Positions 43,136-55,604 of a stretch of 64,000 nucleotides of DNA are shown piece after piece. The first letter of the stretch is position 1; each line of letters opens with the position of its first letter. Origin of the DNA: Hormiphora californensis (taxonomy: Eukaryota > Animalia > Ctenophora); NCBI GenBank assembly GCA_020137815.1, contig CM035350.1, positions 4,650,001-4,714,000 on the forward strand. The letters run 5' to 3'. The notes under the pieces were generated by a model. It saw nothing but the letters and a program-made list of their open reading frames with translations, was not told the DNA's origin and did no database searches. Position numbers and translations under genes: made by a program.

Positions 43136-43238
43136 GTTGGGCATTACCGTGTGTGAAACTTATCTCTCCAAACTCTCTCTCAAAACAAAATTAACAGTTT
43201 TTGATCTGAATTACAAAGCGATTACCAAAATAATATCT

Positions 43239-45041
43239 CTATTCTGCAGTAGGAGCCGGCTCCTCAGCAGCAGGTTTAATCTTTTTCACCGCCTCCACAA
43301 CATCCGTTACATCAACTCGAACCCCAATAGCGGTTTCAAGATGCTCAAAGATAATCCCTTGATCCCCAGGACCTACTACAATCACTCCACCCAGGATAAA
43401 TCCCTCGCCTTTGTTGTTACCAGCGACTGTGATTTTCCTGAATTTTGCGATCAGAGAGAGGGAGAAGAGAGAGCTGTAGCCAGCAGAACGGCCTGCTGGG
43501 TCGTAGAAATTCTTCTGTTGTGGAGGGAGAAAGATGATGGTTAGATATTGGGGGAGAGAGGAAAAGGGTGATTAGATATTATCAATTTTGTCGATCTTGG
43601 AATACCTAACAACCAATATCATCAAAACCTTGTTACGTTCTAACAATATTTGTGAGAGGGCGAGCAAGGCAAGTTACAACCATTGTAAAATTTTGAGATA
43701 TAATATAATTCTTTAGGTAGCACTGCTTGTACAACTTATAACACTGGGCAGTGTTATAAGTGAAAACTTATAACACTGGGCAGTGTTATAAGTGAAAACT
43801 TATAACACTGCCCAGTTATACATGAAAACTTATAACACTGCTGCACTTCGAACGCCACTGTTTCTGTCACGTTTAAAAACCGTTAGAAAGATAAACGTGT
43901 ACGAACTCCCTCTCTCTCTTTCTTTATGTCACACTCTCACGCCGTTGCAGCATCGAAATCAAGATAACAGTTACGAACTCCCGGACCCACACATTCTTTA
44001 TCTCTCACTCTCACTAATCTCTCACTCTCTTTACCTATCTCAGGCGTTATCTTATCTTATACTGATTTCTCTGCCTGCTACCTTATCATGAATTTGTTCT
44101 ATTGTTACGCCCTATGCTAAAGTGTCTCTCACTCTTGTTTAAAAAATTTTACAATGCAATTTTATTATGCCTGTTTTCGTTGTACCTGACGTCAACAATA
44201 ATGTCCCAGATTCGTACACTTTTAGACCTCGCAGGCTCGGTCAAAAAGTAAAACTACATCACTCGCAGGCTCGTGAGGTAGTCAAACTTAGTGGCACTCG
44301 CAGGCTCGTGCACTAAAGTACAAGAATCTGCCTCGACCTGTGGTCTCGGATCATTATTGTTGCACTTATAACACTCGACCTTCGGTCTCGTGTTATAAGT
44401 TTTCAGGTACAACTTATAGGCATAATAAAATCCTACAATGTACATACCTCTGGATCAATGAATATGTCCCCTCCCTTCAGGAAGGTTCTGTACTCCTCAA
44501 GTTCGTTCCCTAGATCTTCCTTTACCACCGCACACAACCTCACATTGCCCATTTGTGAGGCTTCAGAGGACAACCAAACGGCCTCCTGGGAGAGAGGGAG
44601 AGGTTGTTAATTAAAATTAATTAATTAATTAAATTCACAAATCTTGCAGGGATGAAAAGTTTCAGTAGTTGAAATGGTGTTTTGGTAATAACTTCTCACC
44701 TCTCTGCACAATTTTCATCCTGGTCTCCGTACAATTTGAATCACAGCACCATGTTTCTCCCAGAGAGATCGGGCTGGTAGCTCCTCGCCTCCAGGGACAG
44801 TCTTTACCTTGGCCACTGTGTTCAACTGAGAGAAAGGAGTTAGAGAAAGTGACAAATGGGAATATAACTGACAAAAAGTGCGATCCGTGATCAATATAAT
44901 TGATTGAAAAAGTGGTGATCGGTTAATTAAACTAACCTTCTCAAAGTTAACACCCGGCATCGCTGAAGCAACAGAAAGGGCGGCAAAACCACCTGCTAGA
45001 GCTAACTTCTTATTTCCAAACCTCCGTACTAAACCATACAT
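43239..45041 (-). CDS. SELENOU: Selenoprotein U (PRXL2A/FAM213A, AhpC-TSA-like), 214 aa; exons 45041-44937, 44825-44700, 44585-44448, 43514-43239; Sec TGA at 44715-44717
   Basis: SLWEKHGAVIQIVRRPG-U-KLCREEA...LCAVVKEDLG...IFIDPEKNFY...GNNKGEGFILGGVIVVGPGDQGIIFEH; TGA occupies the first Cys of the family CxxC; all introns phase 0 GT-AG; SECIS downstream. Confidence 0.93.
43715..44420. repeat. Repeat/MITE-like insertion in SelU intron 3
   Basis: Tandem palindromic acttataacactgggcagtgttataagt units at 43733-43840, related units at 44364-44420, and ctcgcaggctcg x3. Confidence 0.55.
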
Positions 45042-45181
45042 CGGCTACATGTCCTATATCAAGGATAGGTTAAGAGATTTCAAATTCAGTATAGCGCAAA
45101 TCCTTTAAGGTTTTACACAGAGATTATTATCAAAAATGAAACACAGCGACCTGATAAATAAAAAACCATAGACCATTAAAA

Positions 45182-45952
45182 TTAAGAATCCTTGGTTTCC
45201 TTCTTGGTTCCCCGCAGTCGTCCAGTCCTCCTGGCAGCGATGAGACCGACCTTGGCTCCAGCGCTGGTGTCCCTCCTGACAGTTGAGGGGTGTCCAATAT
45301 GCTGATGGTTACCTCCACCATGAGGATGCTCCACAGGGTTCATTGCCACACCTCGCACCTTAGGCCAGCAGTTCCTCTTCACCTTGTACTTGTGGTATGC
45401 TCGTCCAGCCTTCAACAGAGGCTTGTCAATCCTACCTCCTCCAGCGACGATGCCAACAACGGCCCTGGCCTTCGAGTTGACGACCTTCTTGGAGCCGGAG
45501 GGCAGCTTGATCCTGGACATGCCAGTATCGGGGTTGTGAGAGATGACGGTTCCGTAGTTTCCGGAGGTCCTGGCAATCTTGCCCCTGTCACCGGGCTTAG
45601 CCTCAATGTTGCAGATGATCGTTCCCTCAGGCAGCTGAGAGACGGGCATGCAGTTTCCGATGGAGAGAAGGGCTTTCTTTCCGAAGTAGACGAACTGTCC
45701 GGTGTACATTCCCTCAACGGCCAGAATGGTCTCCTTGTTGATCTTGTACTTGTAGGGGTCCCTGAAGTGGATAATGGCAAGGGGAGCACCTCGACCGGGA
45801 TCGTGGATAATCTCCTTTACCACTCCCTTGATGTATCCATGTCGCTCGGCGTAGTCGATAGTTCGGAGCTTGGCCGCACCCTTCCTTCGCTTCACGTGCG
45901 ATTTGAAGATGCCTCCAGGTCCCTTACGCTGTGCCCGAATCACACGACCCAT
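45182..45952 (-). CDS. RPL8: 60S ribosomal protein L8 (uL2), intronless, 256 aa
   Basis: [11 protein letters not shown]...DPGRGAPLA...[25 protein letters not shown]. Confidence 0.98.
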   Translation of the reverse strand: MGRVIRAQRKGPGGIFKSHVKRRKGAAKLRTIDYAERHGYIKGVVKEIIHDPGRGAPLAIIHFRDPYKYKINKETILAVEGMYTGQFVYFGKKALLSIGNCMPVSQLPEGTIICNIEAKPGDRGKIARTSGNYGTVISHNPDTGMSRIKLPSGSKKVVNSKARAVVGIVAGGGRIDKPLLKAGRAYHKYKVKRNCWPKVRGVAMNPVEHPHGGGNHQHIGHPSTVRRDTSAGAKVGLIAARRTGRLRGTKKETKDS

Positions 45953-46163
45953 GGCTAGAGAACAGATACGGGTTAAATGAAGGGGGTAGGATAGAATGAG
46001 CGAGTAAGAGACAGAGAGAAGGGGAGGGACACAAGGTAGAAAGCGAGAGAGTGGGGTAGAAAGCAAGCGAGAGGGTCAGGGGTAGAATCGGAGAGAGAAG
46101 GGGCAAGGGTTCAAAACAACAACAAGTAAAATTTCCAGTAAAAGATAAAAACCGCCGAATAAC

Positions 46164-47530
46164 TTATTTCTTCTTCTTGCCCTTGACACCCAGACCATCG
46201 TCCTCAGCTGCTTCCTTGGCCCTCTTTTCTCGGACACCCACAAGTTTCCGGTTGGCTCGGTACATCCTCATGGTCTGGAAGGCGCTCTGTTTCTTCTCCT
46301 CCTCGGTGATAACTCGGGCGGTGGTGTCAGAGTGAGCTTGTTTGATGGGCATGACGGGTCCTCGGAGCTGGGTGGCTACCTCCATCTCAGCGGGGGTGCT
46401 GTCTCCCTTCTTGGGGGCGGACTTCTGAAGGAATGATGTTGTTAGTTGTATATGTGAAAAAAGTGTGAACAATTAATTTAAATTGGTTTTGGGTTGTGGA
46501 AACCGTGTCTAGGATAAAGTACAACGAGCACTGTATCTTGATTAGCAGTTACACATTTCCTTTCCCAGGGTCTTGACTGTGATGTACAACAAAATGTAAC
46601 CACAAACACAACCCTGGTTTCACTTCACAGCTCTAGAATTAGAAAGTATGGGATATAAAATATATGCGCAAACCTTTCGTGGGAAAAGGATCAGCCTGCT
46701 CCTGTATTCCTTCAGTCGGAGCACGTTAGCCTGGAGTCCCTCCTGGGACCTGTTCTTCCTTCGATGATCAACAGCGATTCCAATGGACCTGGCCTGTTTC
46801 TTGTTTACACCGGCAGCCTGAAACAGGATTGAACAGTTAGGACAACTTGATGATAGCAACAACAGCTGAGTATGGAAAGAAAAAAAGAAAGAAGATCTGA
46901 ACTGATGAAAAAAATTATTAATAAAATCATTAACAACTTTTTAATAAATTTTTAAGAAACACAATTAATGTGACGTAGTATGGAATAAATAAGTGATAGT
47001 AACTATAACTAGTTGTAAAAATGAATGACTTTAATCGGATCATTGTACACACACCTTCAGCTCGTCGAGGGTGAATCCTCGGCCAGCCCGGACCTTGGCG
47101 TTATATCGGATTGTCTGACAGTGAACAACGGGTCGGAGGAGACCAGCAACGGGTCGGGGGGCGATGGCCTTGGCCTTCTCCATTCGCTTTGTCCTCCTTG
47201 TCTTCTTCTTGCCGGCTTGGTTGAACCAGGTCTTGACATACCTGGGTAATGGTAGAGTTAGATACACTGATCTAAAAATGGGCTGCAGAGACGAGGAATG
47301 AAAAGGAATAGATGGGGAAACCGTGTCTAGGATAAAGTACAACGAGCACTGTATCTTGATTAGCAGTTACACATTTCCTTTCCCAGGGTCTTGACTGTGA
47401 TGTACAACAAAATGTAACCACAAACACAACCCTGGTTTCAATGTAACACACAATATTAAGTTGTTAATTACCTTTGCCAATCCTTATGGAAATGGCTGTC
47501 AAAGACCATGTTATTATGTTTAGGAGCCAT
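46164..47530 (-). CDS. RPL13: 60S ribosomal protein L13 (eL13); exons 47530-47472, 47241-47055, 46817-46674, 46424-46164
   Basis: [28 protein letters not shown]...[15 protein letters not shown]...[33 protein letters not shown]. Confidence 0.97.
46492..46622 (-). ncRNA. H/ACA snoRNA, snR35/SNORA13-like, in RPL13 intron 3
   Basis: Hairpin ccagggtt/gaccctgg with pocket GUGUU / GUCAA complementary to 18S UUGAC-UC-AACAC; H box AAAGGA 14 nt from the pocket top; second hairpin then ACA. Confidence 0.8.
47310..47440 (-). ncRNA. Second copy of the same H/ACA snoRNA in RPL13 intron 1
   Basis: 47316-47440 is identical to 46498-46622; terminal triplet is CCA rather than ACA. Confidence 0.72.
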
Positions 47531-47686
47531 CTTGACCTCTGTTTAATCCGAAGAGATCACCAGTCCCTAGATAAAACAGAATGGGATGTTTAGGTGTGGG
47601 GCACACAGCTGTAAACAAAGAATCATTAACTCAGATTTGAATAAAACACGTCGCCTCTTTACAATAAATAAAAACAGATCAAAGAT

Positions 47687-48193
<507 letters not shown>

Positions 48194-48444
48194 TCAACAT
48201 CAACCAATGTAAGTGAGAATAAGTTCAAAGCGCCATAGTCAATTAAGGACTTGAGATAGATCGAAGCCAGATGAAGCAAAAGCCAGACAATGAATGTATG
48301 GCAAGATATCCAGTAGACCATAGTAAGCAGTTGAGCACACAAAATCCCACCCTGATGAATTTTGCTACGGGCTTCGTCGTAGCAAATATGAAAGAATTTT
48401 CACACCAGTGGACAGGCTACATTGGTGTTTTCGTTCGGTTTTTT

Positions 48445-49239
48445 ATAGTAGAGTCGATAACTACATCGACCTCTCCCAATTGTTCCAGTTTTTGTCACAT
48501 CTGTTTGGAGCCTCGACACGACCTCTAAACAGGTGTTACTTTTTCACAAACTGTTTTCATCTTGGTGTAATCAGCAGTTGAAATGTTGCTGATCATAACA
48601 AAAACCTGACTAAATTTTTTCAACTTGGGGTAAAACCATGGGTGTCAAAAGTTAGCTCTAGGTCCCCTGAGTAACCATCCGGAGACTCTAAGAGATATTT
48701 CAAGCCGTTCTCCCGTAATCATTAATCCCGGTGGAGAAAAAAATACAATGCGGACGTACGTGAGCGCTGGCAGGCTGTTTACATGTTATTGTATGTCTCT
48801 CACTCTCTCTGGAAAAACCGCACGTGCGGTTGCGCCGCGCGAGATAACTCTTTCTCAAGGGGGAGAAAAGAGAGAGACGCACATTAACGTTATACATTAA
48901 AGTTGAGGTTGTAGGCAATTGCACGTACGTCCATACTCAAATATGTGCTCTACCGGGATTAATGATTACAGGAGAACGGCTTGAAATATCTCTTGGAGTC
49001 TCCGGATGGTTACTCAGGGGACCTAGAGCTAACTTTTGACACCCATGGTTTTACCCCAAGTTGAAAAAATTTAGTCAGGTTTTTGTTATGATCAGCAACA
49101 TTTCAACTGCTGATTACACCAAGATGAAAACAGTTTGTGAAAAAGTAACACCTGTTTAGAGGTCGTGTCGAGGCTCCAAACTGATGTGACAAAAACTGGA
49201 ACAATTGGGAGAGGTCGATGTAGTTATCGACTCTACTAT
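48445..49239. mobile_element. MITE with ~290-bp TIRs
   Basis: 48445-48736 is a near-perfect reverse complement of 48948-49239 (atagtagagtcgataac...gttatcgactctactat). Confidence 0.85.
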
Positions 49240-49357
49240 TTAGGAAAGCTGGAGTTGCCGGAATAGATGAAAGGTAATCTGTACGGCTAGAGGACAACCT
49301 TTTGGCAGCAAATGAGTACTTAAACTCGCCCTGAAAAACTCGAATTATGATTCGATT

Positions 49358-49845
49358 CAGTGCTGCAGTATGGCGGCGCATTGACGCAAAATAAAAAAAA
49401 ATAAAAACATGAAAAAAATAAAAAAACGTGTTTCAAAAAACATGTTTTTAAAAAAACATGTTTTCGAAAATTTTGATTTTGCGTCAATGCGCCACGTAAG
49501 CCGGCTCAATGACGCAAAATCATTTTTCGAAAATTTTGATTTTGCGTCAATGCGCCACGTCGCCGGCTCAATGACGCAAAATCAACATTTTCGAAAACAT
49601 GTTTTTTCCCCAAAATTTTGATTTTGCGTCAATGCGCCGGCCACGTGGCGCATTGACGCAAAATAAAAATTTTCGAAAACATGATTTTGCGTCATTGAGC
49701 CGGCTTACGTGGCGCATTGACGCAAAATCAAAATTTTCGAAAACATACTTTTTTAAAAACATGTTTTTTGAAACACGTTTTTTATTTTTTTTACGTTTTT
49801 TACTTTTTTGATTTTGCGTCAATGCGCCGCCATACTGCAGTACTG
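49358..49845. mobile_element. Palindromic MITE with internal gattttgcgtcaatgcgcc repeats
   Basis: Ends cagtgctgcagtatggcggcgcattgacgc / gcgtcaatgcgccgccatactgcagtactg. Confidence 0.8.
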
Positions 49846-50103
49846 TAAGTGACCATAACAGGGGTTCTTGCTAACGTAAATCGAGCGCACGCATTAGTCA
49901 TCATTGGTACGGGTAAATTTAAAAAGGCCTCGGTTTTCGCACTTTTTTGGACTTTTGAAAAGTTGTGACCAACAAAAAAAAGCGCAATTTTGAAATCTCG
50001 CAACGCGCCATCATTGTGCGCGCTTTGAATCTGGTTTTGCGCGTTACAACAAAGCTGTTGCGCGCACCGCACCGATAAATTTAATTTTTTTAAGTATTTT
50101 TTT

Positions 50104-50491
50104 ATAAGGAACCATAATAAAGTTCAAGAGCGCACCCCATCCAAGAGCGCACCACCTCCAAAAGACACCACTCCGAGAGCGCACCACATCAAAGAGAGCT
50201 CCCCATCCAGAAGATACCGCGCGCAGGGGACACCACGCGCAGAAGAGACCGCACGCGCAAATACAACGCCGCGCTGGTCTCTTCTGCGCGTGGTGTCCCC
50301 TGCGCGTGGTATCTTCTGGATGGGGAGCTCTCTTTGATGTGGTGCGCTCTTGAAGTGGTGTCTTCTGGAGGTGGTGCGCTCTTGGGTGTGGTCTCTTTTG
50401 GGTGTGGTGCGCTCTCAGGTGTGGTCTCTCTTCGATCGGGTGCGCTCTTGGGTGCTCTTGGAGGCTCTTGAACTTTATTATGGTTCCTTAT
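50104..50491. mobile_element. Palindromic MITE with aagagcgcacc repeats; a partial copy lies at ~50722-50790
   Basis: TIR ataaggaaccataataaagttcaagagc / gctcttgaactttattatggttccttat. Confidence 0.8.
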
Positions 50492-50809
50492 TTGCTCGAC
50501 ATTTTTTGAGCCTGAAATTTGAAAGTTTTTTTTCAACTGTTCCCATCCTCATGGTTGAAAAGCGCTGCCTTATCCCTGGGGGCCAGTATTGTTTGCCAAC
50601 CCTCATAGCCTCTCTTGCACCTCGGGACGTCTCCCAGATGCCGGAGACGTCACCCACAGATGTTCAGAGGTGCAAGGGAGGCCGTTAAAAGCGCTGCCTT
50701 ATTCCACACTGCATTAAAATGGGGACCATAAAGTTCAAGAGCGGACCAGGTCCAAGAGCGCACCAGGAAAGGAGAGCACCCCATCCAGAAGAAAATATAA
50801 ATCACATAA

Positions 50810-53189
50810 TGTACGGTTGAAAATGTTGATTCTCTTCGTACTCTTCGAGAAGAGTCAAAGGCTGCCACCAAGTACATTGTTGGAACTAGAAATGACTACT
50901 ATCGTGGCCGGCTTGAAGAGGCAGGTAATGACTCTAAGAAAACCTACAGAATCATGAATGGACTACTTGGACAGGAACGTAATCCTACAATTCTACCAGA
51001 ACACAGTGATGAAAATGAACTCTGCCAGAAGTTCATGACATTTTTCAAGGAGAAGATAGACAAAATCTACCAAGATATTCAGAGTTTGCAATCAGATGAA
51101 GATCAGGAGTTTTCTACTAGTTCCACTAGTGACAACGTTCCTCCACAGTTTAACTGTTTCCAGCCTGTTACCAGTGAGGACTTGGTCAAGGTTATACGAT
51201 CCCTAAACTACAAGGCGTGTGACTTGGACCCAGTTCCGTCGAAGCTCATGGCTGCATGTGTCCATGAACTCATGCCTGTTATCAATTCAATTGTCAACGG
51301 AAGCTTGGAGAGTGGGGTTTTTCCATCGGCGCTGAAGAAAGCAGTTATCCGTCCTGTATATAAAGGAAAAGGTCTAGACTCGAATAACTTGGGGAGTTAC
51401 AGGCCCATATCCAACCTCAGTTTTATTTCCAAAATCATCGAGAAGTGCGTATCCATTCAACTCACTGCACACCTTGAACAGCATGGACTATTTGCGTCTG
51501 TTCAATCTGCCTATAGGAGTAAACATTCTTGTGAAACGGCTACCCTGAAAATCTTCAACGACCTACTTGTGCTGACGGACAAGCGTAGGAAAGCTGTACT
51601 TTTACTCCTGGATTTGTCGGCTGCGTTTGATACTGTTCCCCATTCTACACTTCTCCGCCGTCTCGAGCACATGTATGGTGTTAAGGGAGTAGCCCTTGAT
51701 TGGTTTACGTCATATCTTCAAGAGCGGAAGGCATTTGTAAAAATTGGACAAGGTCAATCATCAGAGGTGGAAATCTGTATTGGAGTACCCCAAGGGTCTA
51801 TTCTTGGGCCTCTTCTTTTTGTTCTTTTCACTAAGGATCTTGAGACTATCGCAGCTAGACATGGTGTTAAAATTCATTTATACGCAGACGATTCTCAGCT
51901 ATATATCAGCTTTACCAACAACAACTGGGCACATTGTGAAAGTCAGTTGCAAAATTGTTTTACCGAGGTTGAGAAATGGATGGCATCGAGTTACCTAAAA
52001 CTCAATCCTTCGAAGACAGAGCTGCTATTCATCTCATCAAGAACTGACAGAAGTCCCAACCCGATTGGCTATAATGATACACTGACACTAAGAGGTATCA
52101 GTCAGTCATCAAAAGCAGACATTACCCCATCTCAACAGGCCAAAAACCTTGGAGTTATCTTTGATGAAAGGTTAACCATGAAGGCTCATGTCTCAAAGGT
52201 GGTGAAGGAATGTAACCTGAATCTCATCAATCTTCGGCGTATTGCTGACAAACTTTCGAGGAAACACAAGGTTCAGCTTGTCCACTCCTTGATACACTCA
52301 CGTCTTGATTATTGCAATGGACTGTTAATTGGTGCAGATCAAAGTGACATTTCTCGACTACAAAAAGTTCAAAACTCTGCGACACGATTTGTTTTCGGCA
52401 GAAGGCAGTGGAGAGGAGTGACTAAACTCAGAAAGCAGCTACATTTTCTTCCTGTTTCGGCCAGGATCGAGTTCAAGATTTGTCTCATGGTTTTCAAATG
52501 TCTCAACAATCTTGCACCATCATATTTACAGGATATTATCCAACGGCGACAACCTAAAATCAAATCTCTGAGGTATGACAATGATGATACCCTCCTTGAG
52601 AGAGACTTTTCCACCAAATACAAAACGTCTCAGCGTGCTTTCCAGGTATCAGGACCTAGGCTGTGGAATAGCCTACCTGCCTCTATCAGAAATTGTTCAG
52701 ATGAGGTCATCTTCAAATCAAGGTTGAAGACCTACCTTTTCGACAAGTCATACGACCACTGATCTGTAACCTTGAGTTTTTTACAGCACCTTTTTCTACC
52801 GTGTTTTTTATTTGAAACGTGGTTTTCAGCTATCATATTAATCTAACTTATTAAATACTCTAACTTATTAATTAATCCACCTTTACATCTAATGATGATT
52901 TAATTCAATAATATATTTTGTATGTACGAGTGTGTTGCATGTGTGTTGCATTTGGGTGAGTGCTGTGTGTGTTTGTGTGTGTGTGTGTATTTAGTAAAGT
53001 AGTAAAGTAAACTTTACTCTCAGTAATCGCTTGGTTCTAACCTTTTTTCTTGGTCTTTTCTGGTACACCGCTTTAGAAGGCAGTAAGAGTGCTCTAGCGT
53101 ATAAATTTGTTTTTATAGCGTTATCATTTTTTACTATATATGTCAAAAAGCGGGATATTAAGTGTAAATTTGATTTGATTTGATTTGAT
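50810..53189 (+). mobile_element. 5'-truncated non-LTR retrotransposon (L2/CR1 group); RT ORF 50954-52762 intact
   Basis: [69 protein letters not shown]; 3' (TTTGA)n tail; no endonuclease domain. Confidence 0.93.
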
Positions 53190-53396
53190 GAAATACAGAA
53201 AATGGTCATTTATAAAATGAATAAATTGTTATAGCAACAGTTGCTGTTGCTTATTGCAGCACATTATCTGAAGTCTGAACTATGCTTAAACGTACACTCA
53301 ATATTCAACCGTCTGGCACGTATATCAACTTATCTTTTTCTGCTTGGCTTTTTGGCATCAGTCGTTCCGTCATGTACTCCTGAAATTGAGAAGAGG

Positions 53397-55604
53397 CTAT
53401 ACTTGCAAGCAGTATCCAGATTTAGGGATAGGTTCAGGGTTAGAGGCCAATATCTGATTCACGAATTTACAAACCTTGAGTAACTTCGCAATTTCGTTGC
53501 TAGATTTTCGACCTGGTAAAACTAGGTCAAGTGGTGTGTTGCCAAAATCGGTCTTCAAGTAAGGATTTGCTCCTCGTTTCAGTAACATTTTTGTAGTTGA
53601 TGCGAATCCCATCATTGTTGCATCGTGTAGGGGCCTGAGGCAGACATTTTAAACTTGGCGGCACTACATAGAGGACTTATATCGTTGTGTGTGCCTGCCC
53701 GAAACATTATGTTTTTATCTGTTAAAAGCCATCGTGCGATATGCTAGGCAGTATGATCAGCAACACACTACCTTATTCCATATTTCCTTGGTGCGTTGAC
53801 GTTAATGTCCTTGAAGGATAGAACGAGATCTATAATATCGAGATTACCAAAGATCACAGCCTCGTGAAGAACAGTCCCACCACCGTCGTCGGTCAAGTTT
53901 ATATTAGGACACCTCAACAACCATTCGTTCAGATCCGTCTGAGAGAGAGATCCTGTGATTAGCACGTGTTGTGATCACGTGACACCGCGGGTGGCGGTAT
54001 GGCGGCTTACCAGTGATCCCGTTAACACCGCTCGTTGGAGGATAGTCTTGTTCTGTGACATTGTAACGAAGCGTTCATTTGCCATCGTCACTCCTTTCTT
54101 GTCCTTGCCTGATGGAAATATAGAATGGTGGTCATTGATCACGCAGCGTTCTTCAATAGTTTCTACCTTATCACAATGTTATGGTCTTCTTCAATCTTCA
54201 TTCCCCCTTTCACTTACGTTTTGGTCCTAGTATCCCATCTGAATTTATCCGTTTGATCAGTGCCTCGTTTACCAGGTCCAGGTAATGCTTTGGAACAACG
54301 TCAGTGAAACTGTAGATATTTTCGTAGAGATGCCTGGGATAGAGGGAAAGGGTGAATCATTAGTATTCAGACTTGTATGCAGTTTCCTAGTTACCATAGC
54401 AACAGCCTTACATGATTTGATGAGAGTTCAGTAGAGAGACATTCTTGATGATGATGGATTTTAGTTCTCCAATAATGGTGGTGTCCCCTCCTGCCCTAAA
54501 CGTGTCTATCATACCAGGCTTGAGAGGCGACTGGAGCGGAGGGGGCGGTGGAAAACTTGATCCTGGTAGCATCTCCTGATAACTGTGAATGGGAAATATG
54601 ATGGGTCAGTTGTAACTGTGAATGGGAAATATGATGGGTCAGTTGTAACTGTGAATGGGAAATATGATTGGTCAGTTGGGTCAATACAATGGGCAGGGTT
54701 AGGGCACTGACAGATCTATGTTACTTACTTGAGAATTTTAAAGGGTTGTTGTTGTGAGGGTGCAGGTGGTACAAACACAGACAACTGCTTCGCCACATTC
54801 ATCTCTCTGTGTTGTATTACCACATTCCGCAGGAGCTGGTTGGTCGTGGAATTGGGCCGCTGCCAGCCAGGTGGATATGGCTTCAGTGGCGTCGCTACAA
54901 AAGAGATGGATGTTAGTATACTAATCATTGTTGGAGATCAAGTTATGATTCGATTATATTGGAGCTGCCCTCCCTGAGCTGTGCCCTGAGACTGCTCCGC
55001 CCAATAACCTGTTCACTCCCTCTGATGCCCAGTCACTAACCAGTTTTCTATATTCTCTCACTTTTATTTTCCCTTTGTTTAGACGGGGCTTAGACTACCT
55101 ACCCGCGTATAACACGCCCCGCTCCCCTCCCTTATCAGTATTACACGATGAAAGTATGGCAACATGACGAATATTTATCACAAACCACACCCCAGCAAAA
55201 TGTTCCTTACGACTTGATGTTACTGGTTTCTTCTTTTGTTTGCCCACTGATTTAGGCTTTTGAAACCGAACGGGTGATTGCGGTTGTGGTATTGGTGTTG
55301 GTGTAGATGCTGGAGGCAGGAATGTCGGTTCTGGTTTGATCGGCAGGTAAGCCACCGAGGAGGATGGGGAGTTCTTTAGGTCTTCAAGCTTTAAAATTAG
55401 TGTCCCTGAAAATATGATGGGAAAATTTAGTTGAATGTCAATGGTATACGAATATCAGAGTTGCAAAGGCAATTCAAAGTACAAACAAACCAGCATAGAT
55501 TAATTATAGCAATAAAACCTACGTGGTAAAGTTGGTACAGATGTAATTGGTATTGTGCGCTGGACTGAATTATCAGACGACGAAGATGTAGAATTAGTTA
55601 TCAT
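53397..55604 (-). CDS. Ankyrin-repeat protein, multi-exon (model approximate)
   Basis: NINLTDDGGGTVLHEAVIFGNLDIIDLVLSFKDINVNA and PLHDATMMG...LLKRGANPYLKTDFGNTPLDL; upstream Pro/Ser-rich exons. Confidence 0.65.
54580..54679. repeat. 33-bp tandem repeat x3, intronic
   Basis: taactgtgaatgggaaatatgatgggtcagttg units. Confidence 0.85.

Noticed and set aside
45953-46066. 38-aa N-terminal extension of RPL8 in the ORF track
   Set aside because: It is the polypyrimidine intergenic tract; the conserved start is MGRVIR at 45952
48345-48415. CTGATGA-stem-GAAA resembling a hammerhead ribozyme core
   Set aside because: Stems I and III and a correctly placed UH cleavage site cannot be formed
49470-49740. 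Regularly spaced repeats superficially like a CRISPR array
   Set aside because: Spacers are not unique, the array is inverted inside a MITE, and the context is eukaryotic with no cas genes
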